NCBI GenBank assembly: GCA_051382295.1
Contig: JBBCAW010000003.1
Coordinates: forward strand, 32,001-96,000
Source: Bdellovibrionota bacterium FG-1
Lineage (GTDB): Bacteria; Bdellovibrionota; UBA1018
DNA: 64,000 nt
Reading direction: 5' to 3'
The notes below the pieces were generated by a model. That model saw only the letters and a list, made by a program, of their open reading frames with translations. It did not search any database and had not been told where the DNA came from. This document shows, in pieces, positions 49,145 to 59,083 of this stretch. The position numbers were made by a program, and so were the translations under genes. The stretch's first letter is position 1. The number at the start of each line of letters is the position of its first letter.

Positions 49145-50531
49145 TACTGCAGCAGTCATGGGAAATACCCCCGAGATCCTGGTTACCGGTGGAAAAACAG
49201 CCGTCGACGTGAACGATGACGTCGCTCATCCGGTTGAACATTTTCCGACCGATCGTTGGTGGGCCTGTATGGGGGTGGCGCTCTTTGCCCTGAGCATTTG
49301 GGCTTTTTCGGTTGGGTCGTTTGTGCTCAATGGTCAAGGGCTTTTGGGACTCCAGCAGCCCAATGGGTGGGGCACGGATATCACGAACTTCGTGTTCTGG
49401 GTGGGGATCGGTCATGCTGGTACGTTAATTTCAGCGATTCTGTTCTTATTTCGCCAAAAATGGCGTACGGCCATTAACCGGTCTGCTGAAGCCATGACGA
49501 TTTTTGCGGTGATCACGGCCTTGTCTTTTCCTTTGCTTCATACGGGCCGCCCTTGGTACGCGGCTTTTTGGCTTTTACCTTTGCCCAATCAACGGCATCT
49601 TTGGGTGAATTTTCGATCCCCTCTGGTGTGGGACGTTTTTGCCGTTTCGACCTATTTTACGGTATCGTCCGTTTTTTGGTTTGTAGGTTTGATCCCAGAC
49701 GTAGCGGCGATTCGTGATCGGGCAAAGAGCCCAATCCGAAAACTGATTTACACGATTCTTTCTTTGGGTTGGCGTGGGTCGAATAGGGGCTGGAGCCATT
49801 ACGAAATGGCTTACATGATCCTCGCGGGTCTTTCGACGCCCCTCGTCCTTTCCGTGCATACCATTGTGTCCTTTGACTTTGCGGTCGCTCAGGTGCCGGG
49901 GTGGCATACGACCATTTTTCCGCCTTACTTTGTAGCGGGCGCAATTTTTTCGGGTTTTGCAATGGTGTTGACGCTCTTGGTGATTATGCGTGAAGTGTTT
50001 AACTTTAAGCATTACATCACGATGAATCACCTTGAAAAGATGTGTAAAATCATCATGGCGACCGGCATGATGGTCGGTTATGCTTATGCCTGCGAGTTTT
50101 TCATCGCTTGGTATAGCGGGGGAGCCTACGAGCGGTTTGTGTTTGTGAATCGGGCTTTTGGTCCTTACTGGTGGGCTTATTGGATCATGGTTTCTTGCAA
50201 TGTGATTTTCCCCCAGATTTTTTGGGTTCGAAAATTCCGCCGAAGCATTCCGGTGATGTTCGTGATTTCGCTGCTGGTGAATATCGGGATGTGGTTTGAA
50301 CGTTATGTGATTACGGTCACGTCGCTTCATCGAGACTTTTTGCCATCGAGTTGGCGTTATTACGCCCCGACTTGGTATGACTGGGGTTGGACGTTCGGAA
50401 GTTTTGGCTTGTTTTTCAGCTTTTTTCTGCTGTTTGTTCGCTTCCTTCCGGCGATTGCCATGGCGGAAGTGAAAAACGTTTTGCCTGAAGGCAATTCTGT
50501 TGGAAAGGAGCCTGCTCATGGCCACACCTAA
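49137..50531 (+). CDS. actC: Alternative complex III subunit C (NrfD/PsrC family)
   Basis: [42 protein letters not shown]. Confidence 0.96.
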   Translation: MASTAAVMGNTPEILVTGGKTAVDVNDDVAHPVEHFPTDRWWACMGVALFALSIWAFSVGSFVLNGQGLLGLQQPNGWGTDITNFVFWVGIGHAGTLISAILFLFRQKWRTAINRSAEAMTIFAVITALSFPLLHTGRPWYAAFWLLPLPNQRHLWVNFRSPLVWDVFAVSTYFTVSSVFWFVGLIPDVAAIRDRAKSPIRKLIYTILSLGWRGSNRGWSHYEMAYMILAGLSTPLVLSVHTIVSFDFAVAQVPGWHTTIFPPYFVAGAIFSGFAMVLTLLVIMREVFNFKHYITMNHLEKMCKIIMATGMMVGYAYACEFFIAWYSGGAYERFVFVNRAFGPYWWAYWIMVSCNVIFPQIFWVRKFRRSIPVMFVISLLVNIGMWFERYVITVTSLHRDFLPSSWRYYAPTWYDWGWTFGSFGLFFSFFLLFVRFLPAIAMAEVKNVLPEGNSVGKEPAHGHT

Positions 50532-51081
50532 GTCGACTCAACCCGAGCTCTCTGGCGTGATTGGTTTTTTTGATGATCCGCACGCTTTGATCGAGGCCAC
50601 TCAAAAAGTCCGAGAAGCGCGGTATGAAAAGTTTGACGCTTTTACTCCTTATCCGGTGCATGGTTTGGATTATGCCCAAGGGTTGAAGCGTTCGCCCTTG
50701 CCATTTGTGACGCTTGGAGCGGGACTCACGGGTTTTGGTTTAGCTTTTGTCTTGCAATACTGGACTTCGGCGGTGGATTGGCCCTTGATCGTGGGGGGCA
50801 AGCCGTTTCATTCGTGGCCTGCTTTTGTGCCGATTTATTTTGAGTTGACGGTGTTGTTTGCGGCACTTTCGACCGTCGCGGCGATGTTTATTTTTAACGG
50901 TTTGCCTAATTTGAAACGCCGCATTTTTGATGCGAGCTTGACCTGCGACCGCTTTGCACTCGTGATTGAGGCCGCATCTGGTGCGGAATTTAAAGCGTTT
51001 TCGGAGTCTGAGGCAACTGAATTTTTGAAGAAGGTGGGCGCCCAGGAAGTTCGTAGCGTTTACACCGAAGGATGGTTTTGA
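50518..51081 (+). CDS. actD: Alternative complex III subunit D (DUF3341)
   Basis: [22 protein letters not shown]. Confidence 0.94.
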   Translation: MATPKSTQPELSGVIGFFDDPHALIEATQKVREARYEKFDAFTPYPVHGLDYAQGLKRSPLPFVTLGAGLTGFGLAFVLQYWTSAVDWPLIVGGKPFHSWPAFVPIYFELTVLFAALSTVAAMFIFNGLPNLKRRIFDASLTCDRFALVIEAASGAEFKAFSESEATEFLKKVGAQEVRSVYTEGWF

Positions 51082-51639
51082 ATGGCGAACCTAAAATACA
51101 TGGCTTTCGTGGCTGTATGGTTGGGTTTGGCTCTAGGGCTGGCGGGCTGTAAGCATAGCCAACCGAACGTCATCTACATGCCGGATATGGTTTATTCGCC
51201 GGCGCTCAAGGCTCAGCAAGAAGGGGCGATGAGCATGCCCGTCAAAGGGACGGTTTCTCGTGAGTTTCAGGCTTATGCTTATACGGACGTCGAGACTGCG
51301 GGACGAGAGTTGATTAATCCTTTGCCTCCGACTCCCTCAGTTTTGAGGCGTGGGCAGGCGATGTTCAACATTTATTGTATTGTTTGTCATGGTCCCCAAG
51401 GTGAGGGCGATGGGACGATCGTCCCAAAGTTTCCGCGCCCTCCTTCCTTGCAATCGGATAAAATTCGCGGTTATCCAGATGGAAGCATTTATCACGTGAT
51501 GTCCATGGGCCAAAATCTGATGCCCAGCTATGCGTCCCAAGTTTCTTCGGGCGATCGATGGGCTATTATTTGGTATGTTCGTGCGTTACAGCGCGCTAAG
51601 CGCCCTACGGCGGATGACCTTAAAGCGGCTGGTCTATAA
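51082..51639 (+). CDS. actE: Alternative complex III subunit E, monohaem cytochrome c lipoprotein
   Basis: LAGC lipobox, YMPDM, CIVCH, MPSYA, DRWAI. Confidence 0.93.
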   Translation: MANLKYMAFVAVWLGLALGLAGCKHSQPNVIYMPDMVYSPALKAQQEGAMSMPVKGTVSREFQAYAYTDVETAGRELINPLPPTPSVLRRGQAMFNIYCIVCHGPQGEGDGTIVPKFPRPPSLQSDKIRGYPDGSIYHVMSMGQNLMPSYASQVSSGDRWAIIWYVRALQRAKRPTADDLKAAGL

Positions 51640-51666
51640 TGAAGAAGGGCTGAGGAAAGTATTCTT

Positions 51667-52857
51667 ATGGAACACACAAAAATTCGGGACCCGGGCGCTT
51701 TTCAGGTTTCAGCGGGCGCAAAAGTAGGTTTTCTCTTTTTGGCTGCCCTGGGAATCGGTACTTTCATATTTGGACTTTCAACCGATCCTAGTCGTGTTTG
51801 GGCGGCTTTTTTGCATAATCACTTTTATTTCATGTGTCTGGGCCTGGGCGGTTTGTTCTTTGCGGCCCTTCAGTGGATGACGGGGGCGATGTGGAGCGCG
51901 CCGGTTCGGCGGGTGAGCGAGGCCTTTACTGCTTATCTTCCGTTTGCCCTGGTCACGATGGGGATCCTTTATTTTGGGATCCATCATCTCTATCTGTGGA
52001 GTCATGCCGAGCATGTTAAAGGCGACCTTGTGCTCGAAGGAAAGGCGGGGTGGTTAAGTCCGGTCTTCTTTATTCTTCGGGATGTAGGGGCGGTCGCGCT
52101 TTGGTGGTTCTTTGCTCGTAAGATGGTGGGACATTCGATTGCTCAGGACACCGATGGGGCGATTAAACACACCTTGGCCAATCGCAAATGGGCCCCTGTT
52201 TTTACGGCCCTTTTTGCGATTACGTTCACGATGGTTTCGTACGATTTGCTCATGTCGTTGGATCCTCATTGGTTCAGTACGATGTACGGGGTTTATTGCT
52301 TTGCTGGCCTGTTTTATTCGAATTTGGCTCTGACTTGTATTGTTTCGATTTATTTGGTCAAGCAGGGAAAACTCAAGGGCATCGTCAATGACAATCACTT
52401 GCATGACTTAGGTAAGTTCATGTTCGCGATCTCGACCTTTTGGGCCTATATCGGATTTTCGCAGTTCATGCTGATTTGGTACGCCAATTTGCCCGAGGAA
52501 ACCGAATACTTCATGCGTCGCATGGTCGATGGATGGTTTTATGTGTCGGTATTTTTGCTGGTGGGCAAATTTGTGATGCCCTTTTTTCTATTGCTGTCTC
52601 GCGATTCCAAGCGCAGTTCAAAAACGCTGGTTTTTGTGGGTTGCTGGATGCTTTTTGCGCAATGGGTGGATGTGATGTGGTTGGTACAACCTGAGTTTTT
52701 TAAAGAGGGTCCCCGTTTTGGCCTGCTGGAGTTGGGGATGTTCCTGGGCTTTGCAGGAGTGTTTTTGTTCTTAGTGACTCGCTTCTTGGGGCGTCACTCG
52801 GTCGTTGCGATCGGGGATCCAAGATTGGAAGAGTCGGTTTTTCATCATCACCAGTAA
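51667..52857 (+). CDS. actF: Alternative complex III subunit F
   Basis: Polytopic membrane protein, MSLDPHWFST, HDLGK, SQFMLIWYANLPEE. Confidence 0.94.
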   Translation: MEHTKIRDPGAFQVSAGAKVGFLFLAALGIGTFIFGLSTDPSRVWAAFLHNHFYFMCLGLGGLFFAALQWMTGAMWSAPVRRVSEAFTAYLPFALVTMGILYFGIHHLYLWSHAEHVKGDLVLEGKAGWLSPVFFILRDVGAVALWWFFARKMVGHSIAQDTDGAIKHTLANRKWAPVFTALFAITFTMVSYDLLMSLDPHWFSTMYGVYCFAGLFYSNLALTCIVSIYLVKQGKLKGIVNDNHLHDLGKFMFAISTFWAYIGFSQFMLIWYANLPEETEYFMRRMVDGWFYVSVFLLVGKFVMPFFLLLSRDSKRSSKTLVFVGCWMLFAQWVDVMWLVQPEFFKEGPRFGLLELGMFLGFAGVFLFLVTRFLGRHSVVAIGDPRLEESVFHHHQ

Positions 52858-52858
52858 T

Positions 52859-52955
52859 CGAAATTAAAAAACTGTGCCGGGGTCGTCCATCCCTGGACTC
52901 CGCGCGAAAACGCGCTTCCTGCGCGCGCGGATCCCCTCACAGTTTTTTAATTTCG
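52859..52955. repeat. Structured non-coding repeat element, copy B
   Basis: Perfect 18-bp terminal IR CGAAATTAAAAAACTGTG; core shared with 31352-31522. Confidence 0.9.
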
Positions 52956-53117
52956 CTCTCGTGGGGACAGGGGGGGCGGGGCGGTAGATTTGCCGCCGCA
53001 GCGGCGGTGGGTTTTGAAAATGGTCTACTAGACTGTGATTTCCGACTTAAATAATCAAATAGCTCGTACCTGCATGAGTGATTTAGATTGATCTGGATCA
53101 GTCTATTTCGCTTGATG

Positions 53118-53354
53118 TTACGCCGCTTTTTTTAACCCTTCCAATCCTTCAACTATCAGTTTACGCATAATGGTCTGGTATGGAATACCCATTTTGAGGG
53201 CGATGGCCTTTAGTTCAGTAATGACGTCCTCTGGAAGATTAACGCTGGTCGGGTACTTCTTCGCAGTCTTGTGTTTGCTATAAGCCTTCTTGATAGTCTT
53301 GGCGTTGAAACTGACTTTAGAATAGCCTTTTTCATTCTTTACATAGTTCGGCAT
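53118..53354 (-). CDS. CopG/BrnA-like antitoxin
   Basis: TSVNLPEDVI..LK..A...GIPYQT. Confidence 0.85.
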   Translation of the reverse strand: MPNYVKNEKGYSKVSFNAKTIKKAYSKHKTAKKYPTSVNLPEDVITELKAIALKMGIPYQTIMRKLIVEGLEGLKKAA

Positions 53355-53676
53355 AAAATCTCCGTTCCTTTTTGTTCATCTTGCGGATGTGGATGATCCG
53401 AATCCCCGCTCCGCGCATCGTAAAACACACGAACACCGGTTTGAGTCCATCAGTGAGGCCAAGGACGCCGTATCGAGGTTCCGTAACTCTTGGTGTAAGT
53501 TGTTCGCCCAGGACCCGTATCGCTTCGATTTGTTCAAATACTGACTCGGCCTCCTCACGGGTAATTCCGTGCTTTTTGAGGTTCTTGGTACGATTCCCCA
53601 AGTCCCAATCGAAAGCAAAATCCGACTGATTGTCAAACCAATCGACCAGCCACTGAATGAAACGAAACGTCGCCAT
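53332..53676 (-). CDS. BrnT (DUF497) toxin
   Basis: FDWD.GN..KNLKKHGI...EAE.VF, EPR, FTMR...IRII..R.M...ER..Y. Confidence 0.9.
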   Translation of the reverse strand: MATFRFIQWLVDWFDNQSDFAFDWDLGNRTKNLKKHGITREEAESVFEQIEAIRVLGEQLTPRVTEPRYGVLGLTDGLKPVFVCFTMRGAGIRIIHIRKMNKKERRFYAELCKE

Positions 53677-53789
53677 AACTGGATACACTATATTACACTA
53701 TGATTCACTATGTCAACAGTGCGAAACGGCGGGCCAGGAGGCCGGTCATTCATCGATCTCGGCAGTGCTAGGTGAACTCGCAGCCGGAA

Positions 53790-53819
53790 ATATCAAAAAC
53801 CGCGCGCGGGTTTTGATAT
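53790..53819. terminator. Hairpin, possible terminator of the minus-strand remnant
   Basis: ATATCAAAA...TTTTGATAT stem with a GC cap, 3 bp past the 53823 stop. Confidence 0.45.
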
Positions 53820-53822
53820 GAC

Positions 53823-54130
53823 TCAAAACCCAAAAACTCCGCCAACTGTGAGCGAAGTCGCGCTAAACTCGCCTTGTCCTTCGTCAAAGACTAAGTGGAT
53901 CCAGGCTAAGTCGGCGGTTACCCCGATCGATCTCATGATTTGAAAGTGAATGAAACGATAAGGTATCCGAAACCGGGGAGAACTTGAAGTATCCCGAAGC
54001 CGAATCTCCGTTCTTAAAAAGCCTCCGTACTGTCGGAAAGATCTGTGGGCCAACCATATGTTGAAATCCTAGGACCTCAGGACTGACAAACATTGTGGTG
54101 TAATAAATCCCAGCCTGGATGCTCACTCGC
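53823..54130 (-). pseudogene. Frameshifted 3' remnant of a beta-barrel-like protein
   Basis: Two overlapping ORFs with amphipathic strands join near 53930; ends SLTVGGVFGF. Confidence 0.5.
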
Positions 54131-54213
54131 CAGTGGGTATTACGCTAACCCCGCGCGTGCCCTGGTTTTTTCCTGCGCTCTTCCTTTTTCATCACATGAT
54201 TCGGGACCAGTTT

Positions 54214-54420
54214 TTAAAGTCTGAACCAATCCAAACTGATTGCCGCGACGATTTCTTCCTTGGAGTCGCGGAGAATGGGCTCGGCTTTGGTCAGGGTTTC
54301 GAGCAGCATTTCGCGAATTCGCATAAAGTCAGGCTCTGAGAGGGCTAATGCGCCCGAGTAATGGAGATCGGATTTGGCGGGAAGATCGAGCGCAGCGATT
54401 GCCTTCATGCGCCAGTTGTT
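54214..54420 (-). pseudogene. C-terminal fragment of a TIGR02147/DUF4423-family gene
   Basis: NWRMKAI...DLHYS..LALS..D...IRE.L...DWF, homologous to the end of 32483-33223. Confidence 0.8.
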
Positions 54421-54535
54421 TGGTTATGCCTCACCATGGAAATAGTGGTTTATTTGGCATGAACTATATAACATATTGTTTTTAATTAATATTATTACGT
54501 ATTTACATAGTAAAAATATGTAGTATCATAGAGAT

Positions 54536-55069
54536 ATGTTAAAGGATGTTTTCGAAAAAGCAAAACGAAAGGCAAAGCTTCTTCAAAAGCTTCGGCAGGA
54601 TCCCCGTTATTTGAAGACCATTGGAAAGCTAAAGCGTGAAGGGCTGCTGGATGTCCGCGACATCCCGAAATATCGAGGACAGGTTTTCTTAAAAGATGCA
54701 ATCTGGGCGGCTCAGCTTGAGCCACGAATTTTTGAGCTGCTTCCGGCCATTATTACGAGGCGGCCCAGCCTATTCGTGTTTTTTGACCTTCCTCCGGACC
54801 TTAAACAGGTGACCCAAGAACTTAAAGCTGGACACGCCCATTCTCCCTATCAAGGGATTTCGCCCGAAAAATACCAGCACTGGCTGTCGTTTGTTGGACG
54901 AACGAACAGCCGGCCTAAAATCATGAAGTCATTTCGATTGAGCCAAGAAGATCTCGCACTCTTACGCCGCCTCACCGACGAGACAGCACTCACCCAAACC
55001 GAAGTTTTACAAATCGCACTCAGGGATTTTGCAAAAGGTAAAATCACCGATTCCAAGGAATCTTGGTAA
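54536..55069 (+). CDS. Hypothetical protein with C-terminal RHH-like segment
   Basis: 177 aa ORF; KSFRLSQED..LL..L......TEVL..AL. Confidence 0.7.
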   Translation: MLKDVFEKAKRKAKLLQKLRQDPRYLKTIGKLKREGLLDVRDIPKYRGQVFLKDAIWAAQLEPRIFELLPAIITRRPSLFVFFDLPPDLKQVTQELKAGHAHSPYQGISPEKYQHWLSFVGRTNSRPKIMKSFRLSQEDLALLRRLTDETALTQTEVLQIALRDFAKGKITDSKESW

Positions 55070-55404
55070 AGTCACTTGGCGGGTCAGCGATTGATGCTGT
55101 GATGGGTGCGAGGTAATCAGTAATTTTGACCAACACCGACGTCGACGCTCATTCTTCGAGCCAATGGGATTTACTGCCGCGGGAAGGCAGTTGATGCAAC
55201 TCTTCGCCGTGAATTAAAAAATCGAGAACACTCGCTTTCAACTGCAATGCCGCGGGACCTGGTGGTTTGACCTTTAAAATCATTGGACAATGACTGATCC
55301 CTGAGTCATCTATCCCCAGATTTTGTCTGTTGCCAAAATTTGTCAACACTTTAGTGACAATGTTATTGCGCAATGCGTTGTAATACCATATAAGTGCCCT
55401 CGTT

Positions 55405-56205
55405 ATGAGTCACCAGATGGCCGTTCAAAAATTACTGCAGGCGCGAATGCTTGAGGCGAAGGCTAAGAACCCTTCCTTCTCCCTTCGTGCCTTTGCGGGA
55501 AAGATTGGGATTAGTCCGGCGATGGTGTCTCGGGTGCTTTCTGGCGAAAGACAAGCTTCGCGAAAACTGATTCAGAAAATCATGAACGCCCTGATGCTCG
55601 ATCCCGAGGAGCGCGCGGCAGTTTTGGCCCGCTTTCCGGCCTCCAAAAAACGGCGGGATCTTCGACAGGTGGATGCGGTTGACCCTAGCTACCTGCAACT
55701 GACGGCGGATCATTTTCGGATGATCTCGGAGTGGCACTACTTTGCGATTTTGTCGTTGTTCAAGACCAAGAATTTTAAGAGCGAACCAGCTTGGATTGCG
55801 GCTCGATTAGGACTGAATCTCAGTACGGTCACTCAATCTTTGGAGCGCCTGAAGCGATTGGAGCTGATTTGTGAAACGAAAGATGGGGGGCTTCAGCGAA
55901 ACTCGTCGAGGTTTCAGACGACGGATGACGTGGTGGATCTCTCGATTCGTAAGGCCCATTTTGAAACGTTGGAGCTGGCGCGCAAGTCGCTCGAATCTGA
56001 TCCAGTCGAAAGACGAGATTTTACGAGCCTGACGCTGGCTTTTCCCTCGGAGCGAATGGGAGAGGCCAAGGCGCTGATCCGAAAATTTCAAGACGAGTTT
56101 GACTCGACATTTGAGGCCAATAGCGGTCCGAAGGACGAAGTCTACCGACTCTGGACGAGTCTTTTTCCATTAACGAAAGAAAATCAAAAGAAGGAGAACA
56201 TATGA
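55405..56205 (+). CDS. TIGR02147/DUF4423-family protein with N-terminal HTH
   Basis: KNPSFSLRAFA..IGISPA..SRVLSGER, ISEWHYFAIL, WIA.RLG, RDFTS.T, VYRL...LFPL. Confidence 0.9.
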   Translation: MSHQMAVQKLLQARMLEAKAKNPSFSLRAFAGKIGISPAMVSRVLSGERQASRKLIQKIMNALMLDPEERAAVLARFPASKKRRDLRQVDAVDPSYLQLTADHFRMISEWHYFAILSLFKTKNFKSEPAWIAARLGLNLSTVTQSLERLKRLELICETKDGGLQRNSSRFQTTDDVVDLSIRKAHFETLELARKSLESDPVERRDFTSLTLAFPSERMGEAKALIRKFQDEFDSTFEANSGPKDEVYRLWTSLFPLTKENQKKENI

Positions 56206-57242
56206 AAATAGGAATTAGAGGCTTGATGAAAGGCCTGGCGCTAGCGATCACGACGGTGGCGGTAGCAACGGGCGTCACGGCGGGCGAGAGAATTGGAAAC
56301 GGTGGAGTGGGTGTGGTTTGTCGCAATCCTCAAGGCCGTATTGTCGGAACGCCAGAGATGCTGGATGTCTTTGAGGCCGGAAATCAGTATCATCTGAATT
56401 TTGATAAAAGTCCCGGAATTAGCGTGGATATGCGGGTTAATTTGGCGCAGCTTCAGATGACCTCGAATCAAAAGTTCTTGTCGGATTTTCAAACTGAACT
56501 TGCCAGGGTTCGTTCCAAAATTACCTTCTTGAACCGCGGGATCGGTCTGGAGCCCACGAACGATGCTTTTCCGGTGATCAATAAAAGGGGCTGCAAATTT
56601 GAGCAGGTCGCTAACTACTCTAATGATGGCAACATCTATGTGGACAAAGAAATCTTTGACCGTCTCGATGGAGTGAATCAGGCGGCGCTTTACGTTCACG
56701 AAACAGTGTACGCGATCGCCCGCCACGAGGTGGGCGAGACGAGTTCGATTCGCTCGCGGAGGCTCACGGGCCAAGTATTGGCAAACAATTCGGACTCGGG
56801 CGTGATTCGCGAGTTGATGGCGCAGTTGAGTACGCCGCCGGCGCCCGTGGCGCCACCGAAGCCGCAAAGACCTATTGATAAAATTGTAAATGGCGCAACC
56901 TATGTTGATATGGGTCAAGAATATTGCGCGTTACATATCGAAAAAAATGCAAATACCGAGTTGGTAATAACGTTCATAGGCGATCCAAGAGGTAATAGGC
57001 AATGCAGTGGGGCAGGCGAAACTTGGATTTATGTTTGTACTGAGAAGGGGGTTTGTAGATCGTTAGGAGGGATCTTACAGGGTATGCAGAGTTTTGTTGA
57101 CGGATCCCATGATCTTACGGGATGGCGAAAGGTGATGGAATTTAAAATTATTGACGATGGCTCACTCTTGCAAAGGTCTTTCTACATGAAAGATGAGCGT
57201 GAAATTGAAGTTACTTCATGGGAAAAGTATATTTATTATTGA
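56202..57242 (+). CDS. Secreted GNGG-motif protein, two-domain
   Basis: Signal peptide then GERIGNGG.GVVC, C..EQ.A, AALYVHE, Pro-rich linker, Cys-containing C-terminal domain. Confidence 0.8.
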   Translation: MKIGIRGLMKGLALAITTVAVATGVTAGERIGNGGVGVVCRNPQGRIVGTPEMLDVFEAGNQYHLNFDKSPGISVDMRVNLAQLQMTSNQKFLSDFQTELARVRSKITFLNRGIGLEPTNDAFPVINKRGCKFEQVANYSNDGNIYVDKEIFDRLDGVNQAALYVHETVYAIARHEVGETSSIRSRRLTGQVLANNSDSGVIRELMAQLSTPPAPVAPPKPQRPIDKIVNGATYVDMGQEYCALHIEKNANTELVITFIGDPRGNRQCSGAGETWIYVCTEKGVCRSLGGILQGMQSFVDGSHDLTGWRKVMEFKIIDDGSLLQRSFYMKDEREIEVTSWEKYIYY

Positions 57243-57326
57243 TTTGTTTTTTGCCTTCCCGTGCCCAGCAGTCGCTGTGATTTGACAGCAACTTCAATGC
57301 GCAAATGACTATAAAGGAGTGAATTT

Positions 57327-58331
57327 ATGAAATACTTTTTCGTTGGAATGGCTTTAGTGGTTGGAAGTGTCTCCGTCGGTGTGACTGCTCCCGTCCGTGC
57401 GGACGACGGCCCCACGGTAGCCGAAGTGACTCGTAGTCCGTCTTTTGATTTGCTGGTCCAGGAATTTAAAAACGTAACCATCTCCGAAGTACAAGTGCGC
57501 GATCATGATCGGTATGGAAATCCGGCGACGGGCGTGACGAGTGCCAGCATTGAGTTTAATATGTTGGTCATTCCTCGTGGTTGTAATACGAGCTACTACC
57601 GTGACGAAATCTTGGCTCGAATTCAGGGTCACGAATCCTTCCGGGATGTGAATCCAATCATGAAGGTTGATTTTGGGTTGATCGATGAAATCGGTGTCCT
57701 CTCCACTTGTGTGGGGTTGCCGCCACGGCCCGCACATCTTAAACTAGACTTGCTCAATGGGATCGATGCTACCTTTGGGCAGGATCGGGTATTTACCTTT
57801 CAATTCGACGGACCCGCAAACGCGCTCACGCATCATTTAGAACAGTGGATTGTACGGGTGAATGTGAACCAAGCTACTGGAAAAATAGAGGTAGCCCCGA
57901 TTGTTCGCAAAAACGACGAGCCTGTGATTCCGGCTGCATATATTCAAAACGTTCAGTGCGACACTCTTGATCGGCGTCTTTTTGTTGGAGTGCCCTCTGA
58001 CAAAGACCGACTTAACCTCGTGATCACCAAGGTCGCGGGTGACGTTGCGGACGGCAAAAACTACTCCGTGGCCATTGAAGGCACGAGTAAATCCATTTTT
58101 GGCCCTGATTCAGGCCCGCAACAGCTTAAACTCATTGCTAATCCTCATCCACCGAAAATGAGGGAACCCACCTTGCTTTCCCTGATTGATCCTTCAAGGA
58201 GTCCTATCCTCGAAGCGCAGCTCGATACGCGTAACTTGGGGTGGAAGGTCAATCGCCCTTTTTCATTGGAATTTAAGTCGGGAGAAAAGGTGTTTTTGGC
58301 CTCTTGCACCGTGACGGATATGGCGCAGTAG
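57327..58331 (+). CDS. Secreted hypothetical protein
   Basis: AAGGAG RBS, signal peptide ending VRA, 334 aa. Confidence 0.8.
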   Translation: MKYFFVGMALVVGSVSVGVTAPVRADDGPTVAEVTRSPSFDLLVQEFKNVTISEVQVRDHDRYGNPATGVTSASIEFNMLVIPRGCNTSYYRDEILARIQGHESFRDVNPIMKVDFGLIDEIGVLSTCVGLPPRPAHLKLDLLNGIDATFGQDRVFTFQFDGPANALTHHLEQWIVRVNVNQATGKIEVAPIVRKNDEPVIPAAYIQNVQCDTLDRRLFVGVPSDKDRLNLVITKVAGDVADGKNYSVAIEGTSKSIFGPDSGPQQLKLIANPHPPKMREPTLLSLIDPSRSPILEAQLDTRNLGWKVNRPFSLEFKSGEKVFLASCTVTDMAQ

Positions 58332-58379
58332 GCGTATTGGCCCTGGACCCGGGGCAAAAAACCCACTGAAAAAAAAGGG

Positions 58380-58736
58380 CTAAAGCCCGAGAATAATCCG
58401 CACGCGGCTCTCGGTGTCCGCCATCGTTTGTCGTGAAACGACGCCAATGCGCTTAATAAATCGATCGTTCGACATGGAACGCAGATCCTCGCACTTGATA
58501 AAGCTATCGTTTTTCAGGCCGCCTTCGGGGGGCTTCACGCCGACATGGGTCGGCCATCCGCGATGGGTGGACGTGATCGGTATTCCGATAACCAGATCAA
58601 GCGGTCCGTGGTTGAACGGATCAACAGAGAGAACCAGGCATGGCCTTACGCCCGCTTGCTCGCGGCCCTTGGTAGGATTGAAATCGACCAGCCAAATTTC
58701 ACCGCGCGAAGGCGCTTGAACTTGAGGGGGGGTCAT
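58380..58736 (-). CDS. PemK/MazF toxin
   Basis: RGEIWLVDFNP..GREQAG.RPCLVLS...FN, PITS, DS.IKCE.LRS. Confidence 0.94.
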   Translation of the reverse strand: MTPPQVQAPSRGEIWLVDFNPTKGREQAGVRPCLVLSVDPFNHGPLDLVIGIPITSTHRGWPTHVGVKPPEGGLKNDSFIKCEDLRSMSNDRFIKRIGVVSRQTMADTESRVRIILGL

Positions 58737-58981
58737 TTCTTGTCGTCCGATTCATCAGAAAGGGCGCCTTCCCAAAGCTTTCGCTCGGCAAGTTCTTCTT
58801 CCCAAGCCTTCGGATTCGACTTCACAGCTAAAACCTGGCTGTTCAGCTCCTCGAAGAACTTCGCTCGCCGGTAATTTTCGACCGCTTCGTCTAGGACGAG
58901 CTGCATCGGCTTGCCGGTCTTTTCGGAAAGCTGCTTGAGCGTGTCGTGTGTCGGTTGACTGATTTTTGCGGTAACGGCCAT
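58733..58981 (-). CDS. RHH-like antitoxin
   Basis: 82 aa, ATGA overlap with the PemK gene, acidic C-terminus. Confidence 0.85.
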   Translation of the reverse strand: MAVTAKISQPTHDTLKQLSEKTGKPMQLVLDEAVENYRRAKFFEELNSQVLAVKSNPKAWEEELAERKLWEGALSDESDDKK

Positions 58982-59083
58982 AAATCACCTCAATTCAAGT
59001 GTATCAATTGGTATACTAGTTTGTCCACCTAAAACTATATTTCATGGTATACTTGAAGCCATTGAGTTTTTTCTACATCAGTT

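Noticed and set aside
49575..50525. 316-aa minus-strand ORF
   Set aside because: Shadow of actC
31352..52955. Elements A/B as tRNA, CRISPR repeat, attC or a plain terminator
   Set aside because: No T/D-loop consensus, no repeat-spacer array, no RYYYAAC/GTTRRRY ends, and a multibranch shared core
55070..55373. 74-aa minus-strand ORF or possible remnant
   Set aside because: No recognisable motif or RBS; cannot be supported
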